From Clostridia bacterium (GTDB lineage Bacteria; Bacillota; Clostridia; Christensenellales; CAG-138): a DNA stretch of 60,031 bases. The stretch lies in the NCBI GenBank assembly GCA_035399665.1, contig DAOPJM010000009.1, forward strand, positions 1-60,031, written 5' to 3'. Below, one piece after another: positions 18,939-28,818 of this stretch. The number at the start of each line of letters is the position of its first letter. The first letter of the stretch is position 1. The notes beneath the pieces were generated by a model, which was not told the origin of the DNA, made no database searches, and saw nothing but the letters and a program-made list of their open reading frames with translations. Both the position numbers and the translations under genes were made by a program.

Positions 18939-20036
18939 ATGAAACGTTTCGTTGCCGTCATATTAGCTTTGGCGATGACCTTCGCTTGCTCTGCTGCACT
19001 TGCAAGTGAAAATGTGCTTATCGGCGACTGCAACGGAGACGGCAGCGTGTCGTCCGCCGATGCTTCTATGATACTGCGTTATCTTGTGGGTATGGCAAAT
19101 TCGAGCGAGCATATGAGCCTCGTCGCAGATACAGACGGTAACGGAACGATAAATGCCAACGACGCCTCGTTGATACTCAGGTACCTGATAGGCCTTGCTA
19201 AGGTATCAGGTACGATTGAAGTTACGGTGTATGCCGATGAGCTTGTATTGCCCGAGTCAGCGACGCTTTATGTCGGAAATCAGCTCACCCTTGAGCTGTG
19301 TTATTCACCCGACAACGCTGATGTGAGTTTTTCAGCAGCAGTAGAAAACGGGAGTATAGCAACCGCTGCGATTACGAATGGCTCTGTAACGATTAATGGC
19401 GTAAGCATAGGCGAGACCATTCTCCATGTATCGGAGACGGTAAGCGGACTTGGCGGAGATATTACGATAAACGTGGTTGATATACCCGCGAACGAGACGG
19501 AGCTGTATGCGCAAATAGTGCTTGGGCTGTATGGTACTGCATACGGCGAGCTTACTTCAAGCGAGGTTAAGACCGCGGACGCGGTCTATGCGTTCGTAAC
19601 GTCGCTTAACCCCGATGACCCCTATACCGAGGTCATTCTGGCGGGAATCGCGCTTTGCGGAACTTCATATGACGATCTCGACTGCAGTAACTTCACGCGT
19701 CAAGCGTATCGGGACTGCGGTTACGGCAGCAAGTATATATGTGCAGGCTCCGAAAATCAAATTCAGCTTTTTAGAAAACGCGATGTGCTGTATGAAATTG
19801 AGTTTTCATCCGGAAACGTTGTTTACGACAAAATACGAAGCGGTTATGTGCTGCTATGGGTAAGCGATGAAGGGGTAGGGAATCACTCCGCTATATATCT
19901 TGGCAAGATTAACGGCAAGCATTATTTGCTTGAATCCTCAAGCAGCAAGGGCGGAGTCGGCATCAATGTCAACTGGAACAGCTATGGTTCATGGAAACTA
20001 AAATATTACGCGGACGTTCTTGGTACGGCAGGCTAA
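18939..20036 (+). CDS. Secreted protein: type I dockerin + Ig-like domain + NlpC/P60 peptidase
   Basis: Signal peptide; duplicated GDCNGDGSVSSADASMILRYLVG / ADTDGNGTINANDASLILRYLIG; Ig-like middle; C-terminal Y..LDCS and NHSAIYLG...LLESS. Confidence 0.8.
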   Translation: MKRFVAVILALAMTFACSAALASENVLIGDCNGDGSVSSADASMILRYLVGMANSSEHMSLVADTDGNGTINANDASLILRYLIGLAKVSGTIEVTVYADELVLPESATLYVGNQLTLELCYSPDNADVSFSAAVENGSIATAAITNGSVTINGVSIGETILHVSETVSGLGGDITINVVDIPANETELYAQIVLGLYGTAYGELTSSEVKTADAVYAFVTSLNPDDPYTEVILAGIALCGTSYDDLDCSNFTRQAYRDCGYGSKYICAGSENQIQLFRKRDVLYEIEFSSGNVVYDKIRSGYVLLWVSDEGVGNHSAIYLGKINGKHYLLESSSSKGGVGINVNWNSYGSWKLKYYADVLGTAG

Positions 20037-20123
20037 ACGCTTTGCATATCAAGGCTCGTTCTAATGAGCTTAATGCAGAATTGAAAGCGATTTTGTTTTC
20101 AAAGTGAAATTATTGTGCAATGC

Positions 20124-20152
20124 TTGCTTTTGAAGAACAGGTATGTTATGAT
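20124..20152 (+). promoter_or_regulatory. sigmaA promoter of tig-clpP-clpX
   Basis: TTGCTT-17-TATGAT with extended TG. Confidence 0.7.
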
Positions 20153-20200
20153 ACCGTGTCAATAGACGCGCAGGGGTAATGCGCAAAAAGGAGAGGAATA

Positions 20201-21481
20201 ATGGCAACATTTGAGAAAATCGAGGGCAACAAAGCTAAACTGACCATCGTGGTCGATCAACCCGCTTTTGAGCAGGCAATTGAGACCGCGTATCATAAAA
20301 CCGCATCAAGGTATGCGGTTCCGGGCTTCCGCAAGGGTAAGGCTCCGCGTAGGATTATTGAAAATGCCTATGGCGCGGGCGTGTTCTATGAGGATGCGTT
20401 TGAAATCGTTTGGGGCGACGCATATGACAAGGCGCTGGAGGAGCATTCTCTTACCGCTGTGGATCATCCCGAAGTCGATATCGTCAACATCAGCGAAGCT
20501 GAGGGCGTGACCTTCACTGCCGAAGTACAGCTTCTGCCTGAGGTCACCCTGGGTCAGTACAAGGGTATAGAGTTTGAAAAGCCGGAGTATACTGTAAGCG
20601 ACGAAGAAGTCGATGCAGCGCTTGAAGCGGAACGCAAGGAGCATTCGAGAGTCATCAATGTTGAGCGTCCCGTTGAGAACGGTGACACCATAGTCTTGGA
20701 TTACAGCGGCAGCATCGACGGAGTCAAGTTTGACGGCGGCACGGCTGAAGATCAGGATTTGACGATCGGAAGCGGATCGTTCATACCCGGGTTTGAAGAG
20801 CAGCTCGTAGGCGCGGTCGAAGGTGAGGAGCGCGATATTTCCGTGACCTTCCCCGATGACTATCACGCCGAGGAGCTTGCCGGCAAGGTCGCTGTTTTCT
20901 CATGTAAAATCAAAGCTGTTCGCAAGGAAGAGCTTCCGCAAGTCAATGACGACTTTATTACCGATATTTCCGAGTTCAACACCGTAGACGAATGGAAGGC
21001 TGACAAGCGCAATAAGCTTATGGCCGAGCGCGAAGAACAGAGCAAGAACGCCTATGAAAACGGCGTCCTGTCCAAGGCTTGCGAGAACGCGCAGTGCGAC
21101 ATTCCCGACTGCATGATCAACCGCCAGCTCGACAGCATTATGCGCGAGATGGAAGTGAGCATGAAGCGCAGCGGTTTCACTTTGGAGATGTACTGTACTT
21201 ATCTTGGAACAACTCCCGACGAGATTCGCAAGCAGCGCAGACCCGAGGCCGAAACAAGGATCAAGATGGAGCTTGTGCTTGACGCCATCGTTAAGGCCGA
21301 GAACATCGAAGTTTCGGATGAGGAAGCGGAGAACATGATAAGCGAAATGGCGACAAAGTACAGCATGTCGGTTGACGAGCTTAAGAAGTCCATGCAGCCC
21401 TCAGACGTCGAGTATGTCAAGGACAACGTAAGAACGCGCAAGGCTATTGCGGTTATCCTCGACAGTTCAGTACAAAAGTAA
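20201..21481 (+). CDS. tig: Trigger factor
   Basis: VPGFRKGKAP ribosome-binding motif, FKBP region FDGGTAE..LTIGSGSFIPGFEEQL. Confidence 0.97.
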   Translation: MATFEKIEGNKAKLTIVVDQPAFEQAIETAYHKTASRYAVPGFRKGKAPRRIIENAYGAGVFYEDAFEIVWGDAYDKALEEHSLTAVDHPEVDIVNISEAEGVTFTAEVQLLPEVTLGQYKGIEFEKPEYTVSDEEVDAALEAERKEHSRVINVERPVENGDTIVLDYSGSIDGVKFDGGTAEDQDLTIGSGSFIPGFEEQLVGAVEGEERDISVTFPDDYHAEELAGKVAVFSCKIKAVRKEELPQVNDDFITDISEFNTVDEWKADKRNKLMAEREEQSKNAYENGVLSKACENAQCDIPDCMINRQLDSIMREMEVSMKRSGFTLEMYCTYLGTTPDEIRKQRRPEAETRIKMELVLDAIVKAENIEVSDEEAENMISEMATKYSMSVDELKKSMQPSDVEYVKDNVRTRKAIAVILDSSVQK

Positions 21482-21533
21482 GTCGATTCGAGCTTGCTTT
21501 TGGGTCACAAACAGTAAAGGATAGGAGATTAAC

Positions 21534-22118
21534 ATGAATCTTGCACCAATGGTAGTTGAGCAGAGCGACAGGGGCGAAAGAGCGTATGATATCTACTCTC
21601 GTCTTTTGAAGGATCGTATTGTCTTTCTGTCGGGCGAGGTGGACGATGACACGGCAAACTCCATCGTGGCGCAGCTTCTGTTCCTTGAGGCGGACGATCC
21701 TCAAAAGGACATCTACCTCTATATCAACAGTCCCGGCGGTTCCGTAACCGCGGGTCTTGCTATTTATGACACTATGCAGTATATCAAGTGCGAAGTGTCC
21801 ACCATCTGCGTGGGCTTGGCGGCCAGTATGGGCGCCTTCCTGCTTACCGCGGGTGCTAAGGGTAAACGCAGACTGCTTGAGAACGCGGAGGTCATGATTC
21901 ACCAGCCGAGCGGCGGCTTTAGGGGGCAGGCTACCGATATTCGGATACAGGCGAATCAGATAGAGAAGACCAAGAAAAGACTTAATGAGATCTTAGCGGC
22001 CCGTACAGGTCAGCCCTTGGAGCGTATCGAACAGGATACCGAGAGGGATAACTACATGGACGCCGAGGAAGCCAAGCAGTATGGCTTGGTAGACGAAATT
22101 ATAGCTCCCAGGAGATAA
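21534..22118 (+). CDS. clpP: ATP-dependent Clp protease proteolytic subunit
   Basis: [39 protein letters not shown]. Confidence 0.98.
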   Translation: MNLAPMVVEQSDRGERAYDIYSRLLKDRIVFLSGEVDDDTANSIVAQLLFLEADDPQKDIYLYINSPGGSVTAGLAIYDTMQYIKCEVSTICVGLAASMGAFLLTAGAKGKRRLLENAEVMIHQPSGGFRGQATDIRIQANQIEKTKKRLNEILAARTGQPLERIEQDTERDNYMDAEEAKQYGLVDEIIAPRR

Positions 22119-22120
22119 GT

Positions 22121-23494
22121 ATGGCAAACAATGACGGTAACGTAGGCGGAGTCGGCAAAGACGGTCAGGATAAGGTTCGCTGCAGCTTTTGCGGTAAGAC
22201 CCGAAACCAAGTGACCCGAATGATAGCCGGACCCAATGTGTACATCTGCAACGAGTGTATCGAGCTGTGCATGGAGATTGTCAACGAACAGCGCGCCGAG
22301 GAGAAGAAGGGTGCTTCCGCACCATCTCGCGCAATGTCCGAGATTCCCAAGCCCAAGGAGATAGTCGCTGCGCTAAACGAATATGTGATAGGTCAGGAAG
22401 CCGCAAAGCGCGCTCTTGCCGTCGCGGTATACAATCACTATAAGCGCATTAGCTGTCCGTCCGATCCGACGGATGATGTTGAGCTGCAAAAGAGCAACAT
22501 CATAATGCTGGGGCCGACCGGCTGCGGTAAAACAATGCTTGCACAGACCCTGGCAAAGATACTTGATGTTCCCTTTGCTGTGGCCGACGCAACCACCTTA
22601 ACCGAGGCAGGCTATGTCGGAGACGATGTGGAGAACATCCTCTTGAAGCTCATTCAAGCCGCTGATTTCGATGTGGCTCGGGCTCAGACAGGCATCGTGT
22701 ACATCGATGAGATCGACAAGATAGCAAGGAAGGGCGAGAATGTCTCTATTACTCGCGATGTTTCGGGCGAGGGTGTACAGCAGGCTCTTCTGAAGATTCT
22801 TGAAGGCACGGTCGCTAACGTTCCTCCGCTCGGAGGAAGAAAGCACCCGCAGCAGGAGTGCATACAGATTGACACCACTAACATCCTGTTTATAGTCGGC
22901 GGCGCGTTCAACGGTATAGAAAAAATCATTGAGCGTCGCACGGGGCAGAGAATGCTCGGTTTTGGCGCGGATCCCAAAACTCGCGAGCAGAAGAATGTCG
23001 GTGAGATATTGAAGTCCATTCTTCCCGAGGACTTGCTGCGTTTCGGGCTTATCCCGGAATTTGTAGGTCGAGTTCCCGTGATAGTAACGCTTGAGAACCT
23101 GGATGAGGACGCTCTTGTCAGCATACTCACAGATCCGAAGAATGCTCTTGCACGTCAATACAAGAAGCTGTTTGCAATGGACGGCGTGGACCTTGAGTTT
23201 GATAACGACGCGCTGCGCGAGGTTGCCAAGGAAGCCATCACAAGAAAGACGGGCGCAAGGGGCTTGAGGGCCATCATGGAAGACGTCATGCTGAACATCA
23301 TGTATGACATTCCGGGAAGAAGCGATCTCAAGACCTGTACAATAACCGCGGATACGATACGCAAGGCGGCTCCGCCCGTATTGTCGGAGCATACCCTTGC
23401 CGAGGATATCAGTATTCCGATACCGCTGCCGGAAGCGATTGTACCTACGTCAAAACCCGTAGCGCGCAAGCGTAAGGCCGCGCCATCGGCGTAA
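22121..23494 (+). CDS. clpX: ATP-dependent Clp protease ATP-binding subunit ClpX
   Basis: CSFCGK zinc finger, [30 protein letters not shown], (L)GF loop, TGARGLR. Confidence 0.98.
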   Translation: MANNDGNVGGVGKDGQDKVRCSFCGKTRNQVTRMIAGPNVYICNECIELCMEIVNEQRAEEKKGASAPSRAMSEIPKPKEIVAALNEYVIGQEAAKRALAVAVYNHYKRISCPSDPTDDVELQKSNIIMLGPTGCGKTMLAQTLAKILDVPFAVADATTLTEAGYVGDDVENILLKLIQAADFDVARAQTGIVYIDEIDKIARKGENVSITRDVSGEGVQQALLKILEGTVANVPPLGGRKHPQQECIQIDTTNILFIVGGAFNGIEKIIERRTGQRMLGFGADPKTREQKNVGEILKSILPEDLLRFGLIPEFVGRVPVIVTLENLDEDALVSILTDPKNALARQYKKLFAMDGVDLEFDNDALREVAKEAITRKTGARGLRAIMEDVMLNIMYDIPGRSDLKTCTITADTIRKAAPPVLSEHTLAEDISIPIPLPEAIVPTSKPVARKRKAAPSA

Positions 23495-23522
23495 GGTTTA
23501 TTGGTATATCGTAAAAGCAAAC

Positions 23523-23559
23523 AGAACGCGGCTCCATATAAATGAGCTGCGTTCTTTTC
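23523..23559 (+). terminator. Terminator after clpX
   Basis: AGAACGCGGCTC/GAGCTGCGTTCT stem followed by TTTCTT. Confidence 0.75.
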
Positions 23560-23609
23560 TTGAATATGCGTCAGGGCAAAGAGCTGTTGATTATATTGCT
23601 GAATCCGAC

Positions 23610-23638
23610 TTGCTAACAAGAAAGATTTATGCTATATT
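23610..23638 (+). promoter_or_regulatory. sigmaA promoter of DUF512-der-plsY
   Basis: TTGCTA-17-TATATT with extended TG; ATG 6 nt downstream. Confidence 0.65.
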
Positions 23639-23644
23639 TGCATC

Positions 23645-24958
23645 ATGGGAGATATGCGCAAGTATAAACAACTGATTACATCAGTGGAACCGAACACGCC
23701 TGCCGAGAAGCATTCGCTTGTGGCGGGCGAGTACCTGCTTGCCGTCAACGATGAGCCTGTTATCGACTTGATAGATTATCTTGCCTTGACAAGCGCAAGC
23801 AAGTTGAAGCTCAGTGTCGAGGGCGTTGACGGCGGTATCCACGATGTGGTTATTCATAAGGGCATTGGTCAACACTTGGGTCTGGGCTTTGAGACAAGTC
23901 TGATGAGCCCAATGCGGGTATGCCACAACAAGTGTGTGTTCTGCTTTATCGACCAGATGCCCGACATGACGCGCTCAACACTGCATGTCAAGGATGATGA
24001 TTGGCGAATGTCCTTCATCATGGGAAACTACGTTTCGCTGACCAATGTGGATGAGACCGAATTTTTGCGCATATCGAAGCGCAGAATCGACCCTCTATAT
24101 GTATCCGTTCATGCGATGAACCCAAGGCTGCGCGTGAACATGATGCGCAACCCGAACGCGGGACTGCTCCCTGAACGCCTTTTGAGGCTGCATGACGAAG
24201 GCTTAAGCTTCCATGCCCAAATAGTACTGTGTCCGGAGCTGAATGACGGGGATGAGCTTATCTACTCCATCAACGAGTTAGTTAAGCTTGCTCCGTCCAT
24301 GAAGTCGCTTGCCATAGTCCCTGTTGGGCTTACCGGTTCGCGTAAAGGGCTTTACCCCTTGCGTTCCTTTACTAAAGATGAAGCGCGAAAGACGATAGAG
24401 CTTATCACGCCGATTCAGTCGCGGCTTCGTGCCGAATATGGTGAAGCTCTTGTGTATCTCTCCGATGAATGGTATCTTATGGCGGATATGGAGCTTCCCG
24501 CTTACGAAGATTACGACGGGTTTCCCCAGATTGAGAACGGGGTAGGACTGCTGCGCCTTTTTGAAAGGGATTTCGTGGACAGCCTCAGCGTGCTTCATGT
24601 ACGCGGGGAGAAGAAGGTCTTTGAACTTGCCGGTGGTGTTATAGGCAACAGGTTCTTTTCAACGCTTTATGAACGTCTTTTGCCTTATGGCGTTGAGCTG
24701 TTGACGCACCCCGTGGAGAATCGGTTCTTCGGCGGCAACGTGCATGTCGGCGGTTTGGTCACCGGCATTGACTTAGTGTGTCAGCTGAAGGGCAGCTTAA
24801 CGACAGACACACTGCTGATACCTTCGAATATGTTGAGGGAACGTGAAGATGTGTTCTTGGACGGCATGACGGCAGCGGATGTGGAAAAAGAACTTGGAGT
24901 TAGGATCCGCCCGTTTGCGGACGCGAACGCATTGATTTCGATTTTGGATAGGGAGTAA
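23645..24958 (+). CDS. DUF512 family putative Fe-S/radical-SAM-like protein with N-terminal PDZ
   Basis: [14 protein letters not shown] (CxxxCxxC), [27 protein letters not shown]; usual position before der. Confidence 0.85.
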   Translation: MGDMRKYKQLITSVEPNTPAEKHSLVAGEYLLAVNDEPVIDLIDYLALTSASKLKLSVEGVDGGIHDVVIHKGIGQHLGLGFETSLMSPMRVCHNKCVFCFIDQMPDMTRSTLHVKDDDWRMSFIMGNYVSLTNVDETEFLRISKRRIDPLYVSVHAMNPRLRVNMMRNPNAGLLPERLLRLHDEGLSFHAQIVLCPELNDGDELIYSINELVKLAPSMKSLAIVPVGLTGSRKGLYPLRSFTKDEARKTIELITPIQSRLRAEYGEALVYLSDEWYLMADMELPAYEDYDGFPQIENGVGLLRLFERDFVDSLSVLHVRGEKKVFELAGGVIGNRFFSTLYERLLPYGVELLTHPVENRFFGGNVHVGGLVTGIDLVCQLKGSLTTDTLLIPSNMLREREDVFLDGMTAADVEKELGVRIRPFADANALISILDRE

Positions 24959-24960
24959 TT

Positions 24961-26295
24961 ATGACAACAAAACCTCTTGTAGCGATAGTGGGAAGACCGA
25001 ACGTCGGGAAGTCGACGCTGTTTAACCGACTCATAGGCAGACGACTTTCAATAGTGGAGGACACGCCCGGCGTCACCCGCGACCGCATTTACGGCGACGC
25101 TGAATGGTTGGACTATCACTTTACCTTGATTGACACAGGCGGAATTGAGCCTGCTAATGAAGACAAGATTGCCGTACAGATGCGCAGGCAGGCCGAGCTT
25201 GCGATAGAAACCTGCGATGTGATACTTTTCCTTGTGGACGGCAGGGAAGGCATGACTTCAGCAGATGAGGATGTAGCCACCATGCTTAGAAAGAGCGGCA
25301 AGCCCGTAGTACTTGCGGTGAACAAGCTTGACGCCCCGAAGTATAATGACGCCATATACGAGTTTTACGCTTTGGGGCTCGGGAACCCTATCATCATATC
25401 TTCGGGACAGGGCTTGGGCCTTGGTGATATGCTCGATGAGGTTTGCAGGAATTTTGGCCGCATAGAGGATAATGGCGAGGATGAAAGCATAAACATAGCC
25501 GTGGTGGGCAAGCCCAACGTCGGTAAATCCAGCTTAGTAAACGCACTGCTTGGGCAGCAGCGAAGCATAGTGTCCGACATCCCTGGCACAACACGCGACG
25601 CAGTTGATACGCCATTCTCAGTTAACGGCAAGAATTATGTCTTGGTTGACACTGCGGGAATCCGCAGGAAGCGCGCCGTTGAGGACGCGACGATTGAAAG
25701 ATACAGCGTTATTCGTTCGCTTGCCGCCGTTCGCCGCGCTGACGTAGTATTGATAATGATCGACGCCGAGCAGGGTATAAGCGAACAGGACGTGAAGATA
25801 GCGGGGTATGTGGACGATGAGGGCAAGCCGTCGGTGGTCGTGGTCAATAAGTGGGACTTAATTGAGAAGGATACCTTCACCATGGATAAGATGCGCAAGG
25901 ATATCCAGTCGCAGCTTGCTTTTATGGATTATGTACCTTTCCTGTTCATATCCGCAAAAAGCGGTCAGAGGGTAAACAGAGTCTTGGAGTCGGCCGAGGC
26001 TTCATACGGTCAATCAATCAAGCGCATTTCAACAGGGATGCTTAACGATGTTCTGAACGAGGCGGTGTCTGTAAACGAACCTCCGATGTCATCGGGACGA
26101 CGCTTGAAGCTGTATTACGCGACACAGGTTTCTATACAGCCGCCTACCTTTGTTATCTTTGTCAACGAAGAAACGCTCGTGCATTTCTCGTATAAGCGTT
26201 ATTTGGAGAACTATTTTAGAAAGTCATTCGGCTTTGGCGGAACTCCGATTCGCTTTATCTTCAGGAACCGCAAACAGGAGGGTGATGAGAAGTGA
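24961..26295 (+). CDS. der: Ribosome biogenesis GTPase Der (EngA)
   Basis: Two G-domains [16 protein letters not shown] and [16 protein letters not shown] plus KH-like C-terminus. Confidence 0.98.
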   Translation: MTTKPLVAIVGRPNVGKSTLFNRLIGRRLSIVEDTPGVTRDRIYGDAEWLDYHFTLIDTGGIEPANEDKIAVQMRRQAELAIETCDVILFLVDGREGMTSADEDVATMLRKSGKPVVLAVNKLDAPKYNDAIYEFYALGLGNPIIISSGQGLGLGDMLDEVCRNFGRIEDNGEDESINIAVVGKPNVGKSSLVNALLGQQRSIVSDIPGTTRDAVDTPFSVNGKNYVLVDTAGIRRKRAVEDATIERYSVIRSLAAVRRADVVLIMIDAEQGISEQDVKIAGYVDDEGKPSVVVVNKWDLIEKDTFTMDKMRKDIQSQLAFMDYVPFLFISAKSGQRVNRVLESAEASYGQSIKRISTGMLNDVLNEAVSVNEPPMSSGRRLKLYYATQVSIQPPTFVIFVNEETLVHFSYKRYLENYFRKSFGFGGTPIRFIFRNRKQEGDEK

Positions 26296-26975
26296 TGCAG
26301 GGAAGCGCGATTGTTCAGTCGCTTTTGGCGTTTCGGGGCTTCAACCTCCAGGTCATCGCCATCATTGCTGTTATCTGCGCATTCTTAGGCAACCTTCAAT
26401 CGGCTGTCATAATCAGTCGAGGATTCTTTCATGACGACATACGCGGCTACGGAAGCGGCAATGCGGGCGCGACAAACATGTTTCGCGTCTATGGCATATA
26501 CGCAGGCGTTGCAACCTTCTTCTTCGATGCGCTCAAATGCGTTGTCGGATGCTTCATTGGCAGAGTGATAGCGATGAAGCTCGGAATTAACAGCGGCTTT
26601 GACGCACAGCTCGGAACGTATATCGGCGGATTGTTTGTTATAATCGGACATTGTTATCCCATATGCTATGGCTTCAAGGGCGGCAAAGGCGCCGCGTCCT
26701 CATTGGGCTTTATTTGGGTTGCTTTCCCTCTGGGCGCCGCAGTCACAACCGCTCTCAGCGTAGGAATCTTCCTTGTCAGCCGAAGGATGTCCGTAGTTTC
26801 GATATCCGGTGCTTTTATTTTTGCAATACTTACCTTCTTGTTCTTTATGGCTAATCCTTATCTCTGCCTATTCGCAGTGTTGGACACGGTACTTGTTTTG
26901 ATTCGCCATAAGGACAATATCAAGCGTCTTATAAAAGGACAGGAAAAGCCGCTTATAGACCCGATAGTCAAATAG
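26292..26975 (+). CDS. plsY: Glycerol-3-phosphate 1-O-acyltransferase PlsY
   Basis: [39 protein letters not shown]. Confidence 0.93.
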   Translation: MMQGSAIVQSLLAFRGFNLQVIAIIAVICAFLGNLQSAVIISRGFFHDDIRGYGSGNAGATNMFRVYGIYAGVATFFFDALKCVVGCFIGRVIAMKLGINSGFDAQLGTYIGGLFVIIGHCYPICYGFKGGKGAASSLGFIWVAFPLGAAVTTALSVGIFLVSRRMSVVSISGAFIFAILTFLFFMANPYLCLFAVLDTVLVLIRHKDNIKRLIKGQEKPLIDPIVK

Positions 26976-26991
26976 TACGATTACTAATGAA

Positions 26992-27024
26992 AAGAGCTTC
27001 CCATTCAAACGAAGGGAAGCTCTT
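26992..27024. terminator. Bidirectional terminator between plsY and the sortase gene
   Basis: 11-bp stem AAGAGCTTCCC/GGGAAGCTCTT between convergent genes. Confidence 0.7.
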
Positions 27025-27045
27025 GTGGTTGAAACCGCTGCCGGC

Positions 27046-28080
27046 TTATGTGTTGTCCATTTCGACGAGTACGCCCTGAACGATGAAACGAACTGTATCG
27101 TTGCCGGAAACACAGGTACACATCGTCAATATTTTGTCGGTCACTCGCGGCGTTACGCCCGTAGAAATAGCAGAGGCAAGCATACACTCGTTTATGTACT
27201 CCATGAACTCGTTACCGCTTGAGAAGGTTTCATGGTAGTAGTCGCCAAGAATGTCCACCTCATACGCCGCAAAGATGTACACGAAGTAGTTCTTGCTCGG
27301 CGTGTAGAGTTGGAATATGGGATGCTGATTGAAGTAAGACTGTTTCTTATACTTGTACAGCGTTCCGAACATAGTACCATTGTTCATCCTATGACCCTGA
27401 ATGATGGTATTCTGCCTTGAGAAGGGCGTATAGGGACTACTGATAAAGAGAGAGCCGGCGCGCTGCTCCGTCAAATCATACATATGTGACAGGTAGAAGC
27501 CTGCTCCGTGTGTCGTTGTTGTCTTGACTACGGGGTAATCGATGATGGTATCTTCCAGGTATAGCCAAGCCACTATGTCGCTGTTGATTGCTTTAAGCGA
27601 ATCAAAGTCCACTTCCCGCGTGTTTGCCACATAGCTCGGAGTTGCGGTAGGATCGGAAGTGGTGCTGCTGCCGGTTGCCTTTGAAGTGGCTTTTGTCGTT
27701 GCTTTAGCGGTTGCGCCTGCTGTTGATTTTGAATCGGATTCCGCCGTTACCGCAGGTTCGGGCGTAGAAACAGCGGAGGGCGAGCTGTTTGGATCCTTGC
27801 CGACGCTTTCAATGGTTGGCTCCGGGGTCCACTCCTCATAAGGAATGGCAGTATCTTCGATGCTGTCGCCGGAGAACGGGTTTAGCGGTATCGTAACACT
27901 TGTCGCCTGACTTACATGCTCACTTGCGGCAGCCTGATAGACGATCTTGGCTTCCCAAGGTTTGGAATCCATAAGCTTCAACAGAGTCAAGGTTAAAGAT
28001 ATCACAATGACGCCCACAAGGGCAATCATTATGATGGTGTACAGCGTTTGGTCCTTCTTCTTTTGTTGATTAGATTTCAT
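27046..28080 (-). CDS. srtB: Class B sortase with long Ser/Thr/Ala/Pro linker
   Basis: N-terminal TM; INSDIVAWL, IDYPVV, NTIIQGHRM..GTMFG.L (His), LTMCTC (Cys), VRFIV (Arg); GGAGG RBS before ATG 28080. Confidence 0.88.
   Translation of the reverse strand: MKSNQQKKKDQTLYTIIMIALVGVIVISLTLTLLKLMDSKPWEAKIVYQAAASEHVSQATSVTIPLNPFSGDSIEDTAIPYEEWTPEPTIESVGKDPNSSPSAVSTPEPAVTAESDSKSTAGATAKATTKATSKATGSSTTSDPTATPSYVANTREVDFDSLKAINSDIVAWLYLEDTIIDYPVVKTTTTHGAGFYLSHMYDLTEQRAGSLFISSPYTPFSRQNTIIQGHRMNNGTMFGTLYKYKKQSYFNQHPIFQLYTPSKNYFVYIFAAYEVDILGDYYHETFSSGNEFMEYINECMLASAISTGVTPRVTDKILTMCTCVSGNDTVRFIVQGVLVEMDNT
27673..27714 (-). repeat. Degenerate 12-bp tandem repeat encoding ATAK-ATTK-ATSK-AT in the sortase linker
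   Basis: Read directly from translation and DNA. Confidence 0.6.
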
Positions 28081-28101
28081 TTCAACCTCCGTTTGATATG
28101 G

Positions 28102-28130
28102 ATTATACACCACAAAGAGTTATACGTCAA
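28102..28130 (-). promoter_or_regulatory. sigmaA promoter of the sortase gene
   Basis: TTGACG-17-TATAAT. Confidence 0.75.
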
Positions 28131-28205
28131 AGTCTTTTCGCTTGTTTTAGACGTCTTGCTTTTTTTTTACAATTCTGCTACACTTATAACACGGGAAGGT
28201 GATGT

Positions 28206-28736
28206 ATGATGTTCATTCACGGAGACGCAAAAAGCAAGCTTTTAATAATGTACTTTATACGCAGCGCGGGCGGAGATATCCGACCCGACGTGCTTTGCAA
28301 CGCAATGATTAAGTGTGGGAGCATTGACTATTTCAGCTTCCAACTTGTCAGCGGTCAGTTGGAACAGGATGGTTATGTTGCGATAGTGCCGCGCAGCTTC
28401 GGGCAGAGCTACAATCTGACCTCAATAGGCGATGAGGCGTTAAAGTTGTTTATAAACCAAGTACCCTTTTCTGAGAGGGATAGGATAGACAAATTCGTGC
28501 AGGACAACAAGCTTGACATGCTGCGTGAAACGCAGTACTCAAGTGATATGGAGCAGATGCGCGACGGCGGGTGGCTTGTGACGCTGAGGGTATCCGAGTT
28601 GAACGCCGTTATGATAGAGATTAAACTTCAAGTCGCAACGCAGGAGCTTGCACTAACCATGCGCTCGAATTGGCAAGCACAGTCCGCGGACATATATCTT
28701 GACGTTTGGGAACGGCTTTCGGCGGGCAAACGCTGA
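28206..28736 (+). CDS. DUF4364-like conserved clostridial protein
   Basis: KLLIMYFI..., IDYF.FQ.....LEQDGY, YNLTSIGDEALKLF pattern; family call from memory. Confidence 0.6.
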   Translation: MMFIHGDAKSKLLIMYFIRSAGGDIRPDVLCNAMIKCGSIDYFSFQLVSGQLEQDGYVAIVPRSFGQSYNLTSIGDEALKLFINQVPFSERDRIDKFVQDNKLDMLRETQYSSDMEQMRDGGWLVTLRVSELNAVMIEIKLQVATQELALTMRSNWQAQSADIYLDVWERLSAGKR

Positions 28737-28763
28737 TTGTATAGTATGTATCGACGCATAAAG

Positions 28764-28792
28764 AACACCCGAGAACATTGCTCGGGTGTTTT
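28764..28792. terminator. Bidirectional terminator between DUF4364 gene and pfp
   Basis: 10-bp stem AACACCCGAG/CTCGGGTGTT plus T-run. Confidence 0.75.
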
Positions 28793-28818
28793 GCATTCGT
28801 TGTTCACTTGAGGAAACT

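Noticed and set aside
20081-20096. cre-like TGAAAGCGATTTTG upstream of the tig promoter, and TGAAGCGTTTCG near 53395
   Set aside because: The right half does not match the CcpA consensus, and the neighbouring genes are not typical catabolite-repression targets.
23395-23494. Pro/Lys-rich C-terminal extension of ClpX
   Set aside because: ClpX tails are commonly variable and low-complexity, and no motif was recognised.
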